Assembly (NCBI GenBank): GCA_017651165.1
Contig: JAGCDH010000004.1
Coordinates: 5,096 to 69,095, forward strand
Direction of reading: 5' to 3'
From: Bacilli bacterium
Lineage (GTDB): Bacteria; Bacillota_I; Bacilli_A; RFN20; CAG-826
Length of the DNA: 64,000 nt
A program made the position numbers and the translations under genes. The notes below the pieces were generated by a model. The model was not told where the DNA came from. It searched no databases and worked only from the letters and a program-made list of their open reading frames with translations. Positions 62,194 to 64,000 of the stretch are shown here, piece by piece (within the stretch, counting starts at the first letter, position 1; each line of letters opens with the position of its first letter).

Positions 62194-62682
62194 ATGGATT
62201 ACAGCGTGGACGTGATATGCGAATACCAAAAAGCTAGATCTGTTTTTCTAAAATGGTCTTTGCTCTTTTCTGGCGTTTTAACCGCAGCGATTGTCGGTAA
62301 CGTCCTTCTCGTTATGTTAGCTGGAGAATACTACACTGTTAATCTTGTTATTTCTATCATCGTTACCATTTTGTTCATGTGGTTTGCGATTTACTTCTTT
62401 TCTAACATTTATGGTGATGTCAATAGCAGATATCGCTACTTTAAGGGTTATGAAAGTGGAATCAAACCAATAGAAGAAGTGGAATTTCTTAAGAAAAGCG
62501 ATGAACTTTGCTATATCAATGGCCTTTATGTTTATCCAGTTTATGTGCGTTATGCCATTGGATTAAACAGGATTGATAAAGTCATCTTTGCTTTCAATAA
62601 CGATATCAATTTTGAGATGGGTGATTTATTAACTATTACCACCTATCAAAGAATACTTCTTAAAGCGGAGAAACACTCATGA
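62194..62682 (+). CDS. Small membrane protein (two TM helices), function unknown
   Basis: 162 aa with the hydrophobic helices LLFSGVLTAAIVGNVLLVML and VISIIVTILFMWFAIYFF. Confidence 0.45.
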   Translation: MDYSVDVICEYQKARSVFLKWSLLFSGVLTAAIVGNVLLVMLAGEYYTVNLVISIIVTILFMWFAIYFFSNIYGDVNSRYRYFKGYESGIKPIEEVEFLKKSDELCYINGLYVYPVYVRYAIGLNRIDKVIFAFNNDINFEMGDLLTITTYQRILLKAEKHS

Positions 62683-63284
62683 ATGCATTAAAGAAAAATA
62701 GAGTTAAATCCGTTTTAAAGTATACGTGGCCATTTTATATTGTGGCGGGTGTTGGTGCTTTTATCTTAATGAGTTTTATTTATAAAGTCGCTCATCCAAT
62801 ACCAAAATATAAAACGCTAACATTATTCGTGAGTGGACAAGTGACTAACGAAAGAAAACTAAATGAAGATATAACTACGAAATTTGAAGATAAACAAATC
62901 AGAAGTTTCACTTGTATATCTTCTACTATCTATGACACTCATTACCGCACCAAATTAACTGTCTCAGGTTATAACAGTGCAGATATTCTCATCATTCCTA
63001 CTTCAAAAATCGATAGTGTTAGTAATCCAGGCTCATTTGCTATTAGTCTCAAAGACGAATTAGTCAATTCGCTTTATCAAGGCTTTACATTTTATAGCAA
63101 GAATGAAGTGAACTATGGAGTCAAAATTGATAAAAACAAAGTCGAACAATATATGACTTTACCTAATGAAGATTGCTATATGTTTCTTAATGGGAAGAGC
63201 CAGAATCTTGGCAAATATTCAATCTATAACCCAGTTGTGGAACACGATATGGCACTTAATGTAGTAAAAGATTGGGGGATGTAA
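62679..63284 (+). CDS. N-terminally anchored protein, function unknown
   Basis: 201 aa with a single TM helix FYIVAGVGAFILMSFIY. ATGA overlap with the upstream gene. Confidence 0.45.
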   Translation: MNALKKNRVKSVLKYTWPFYIVAGVGAFILMSFIYKVAHPIPKYKTLTLFVSGQVTNERKLNEDITTKFEDKQIRSFTCISSTIYDTHYRTKLTVSGYNSADILIIPTSKIDSVSNPGSFAISLKDELVNSLYQGFTFYSKNEVNYGVKIDKNKVEQYMTLPNEDCYMFLNGKSQNLGKYSIYNPVVEHDMALNVVKDWGM

Positions 63285-64000
63285 TGTTTAAAAGAGCAGA
63301 AAAACATATTTCTGATTCAGAAGCTAAAAGATCTCTTCCTCATGATAGAAAGGAAGTCTTTTCTGATCTTTTGCTACATCGTAAGATGACCTTATTTGCG
63401 TTATCTTGCTTTACTTTTATGTTCTTCATTCCTTTGGCGGTTGATTTGTTCTATCTCAATTATTGGACATCGATGATTTTAGCAAGTGATGTCGCGGAAA
63501 AATACCGTCATCTCTTTTCTATCTTCTTCTATTCAATGTTAATCATGCTCCCTTGCATGGTAGTGGGATTTGTTGGCTTTGCGGGAGCATTTTATGTCGC
63601 TAAATTGTTGGTGTGGCAAGAAGATGTTACTCTGGCAGTTGATTTCTTTAAAGGCATTAAAGAGAATTGGAAACACGCACTATTTAACGGCTTTGTATTT
63701 GCCCTGTTGTTATTCGGCATGGTAGTGGGTGGTACCTTCTTATATTTATATTCACCAACAACACCAATTTGGTGTGGTGTAGGCATTGGTGCGTTGATCC
63801 TTGCATTTATTACTTTCGGAATGATTATTTCTCTGAATTTTACGCAGGACGTGTACTATGAAAACGGTTTATTTACTACTTACAAAAATTCATTCTGTTT
63901 CTTAGGATTACTCAATTGGAGAATCCTTGTATTATTTGTTTTATCCACAGGCGGAGTAATAGCGCTTGCCTGTTTCAATTTAATTACTCTCAGTGTGGGA
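63284..64000 (+). CDS. YesL/DUF624-like membrane protein, 5' part (runs off the right edge)
   Basis: The ATG overlaps the preceding TAA (TAATG). The frame is open for 239 codons to the window end, so it is absent from the ORF track. It encodes MFKRAEKHISDSEAK...LFALSCFTFMFFIPLAV... and is multi-TM. The family is commonly linked to LplABC-type sugar transporters. Confidence 0.55.
   Translation, partial: MFKRAEKHISDSEAKRSLPHDRKEVFSDLLLHRKMTLFALSCFTFMFFIPLAVDLFYLNYWTSMILASDVAEKYRHLFSIFFYSMLIMLPCMVVGFVGFAGAFYVAKLLVWQEDVTLAVDFFKGIKENWKHALFNGFVFALLLFGMVVGGTFLYLYSPTTPIWCGVGIGALILAFITFGMIISLNFTQDVYYENGLFTTYKNSFCFLGLLNWRILVLFVLSTGGVIALACFNLITLSVG

Noticed and set aside
1-64000. A whole-window look for rRNA, tRNA, CRISPR arrays, IS transposases, integrases and prophage structural genes.
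   Set aside because: None is evident. Intergenic regions are short and AT-rich with no cloverleaf-like or spaced-repeat structure, and no ORF shows DDE, tyrosine- or serine-recombinase motifs. This was a search by eye only, not a covariance-model search.

Overview
This is a low-GC, densely coding bacterial chromosome segment that uses the standard genetic code (TGA serves as a stop). I call about 60 CDS and saw no rRNA, tRNA, CRISPR array or transposase. Thirteen proteins carry a lipobox, and the giant surface proteins are N-terminally anchored with no LPXTG signal. That pattern fits a Mollicutes- or Erysipelotrichia-like Firmicute, but this is inference only.

Content from left to right:
- Acyltransferase-3 plus an acyl-CoA ligase.
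- A MacB-type ABC pair.
- Ser-rich and paralogous lipoproteins, and a GT4 glycolipid-type glycosyltransferase.
- Two giant surface proteins (a Big_2 protein and an endonuclease-I fusion) that share a C-terminal module. They flank two tiny paralogous peptide genes that both end in WW, one of which is absent from the ORF track.
- An HprK-like P-loop protein, a PqqD-like RRE and a soluble Ser/His S26 peptidase, with no intergenic room after the nuclease gene.
- After a terminator, a Doc-like Fic protein with its catalytic His replaced, an ABC exporter and an NTP_transf_5-type nucleotidyltransferase.
- A CotH-like lipoprotein, and a membrane protein with an EAL domain and a degenerate GGDEF domain.
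- A GH10 xylanase.
- mntP carrying a 1.85-kb two-gene cassette (an ORF6N protein and an HTH-APH fusion), flanked by a duplicated mntP 3' end.
- A heterodimeric ABC exporter and an OmpR/HK pair.
- A VTC, DUF4956 and beta-helix lipoprotein trio.
- A ~19-kb acetylated mannan/xylan utilisation locus with a LacI regulator, two GH130 genes, an LplABC-type transporter, three esterases, giant multi-module lipoproteins and a YesL-like protein.

The best candidate for an undescribed system is 16.6-25.1 kb. The peptides have lasso-like leaders and sit next to an RRE, a kinase, a peptidase, a nucleotidyltransferase and an exporter. No lasso cyclase, B2 protease, radical SAM enzyme or other known RiPP core enzyme is present in the window.
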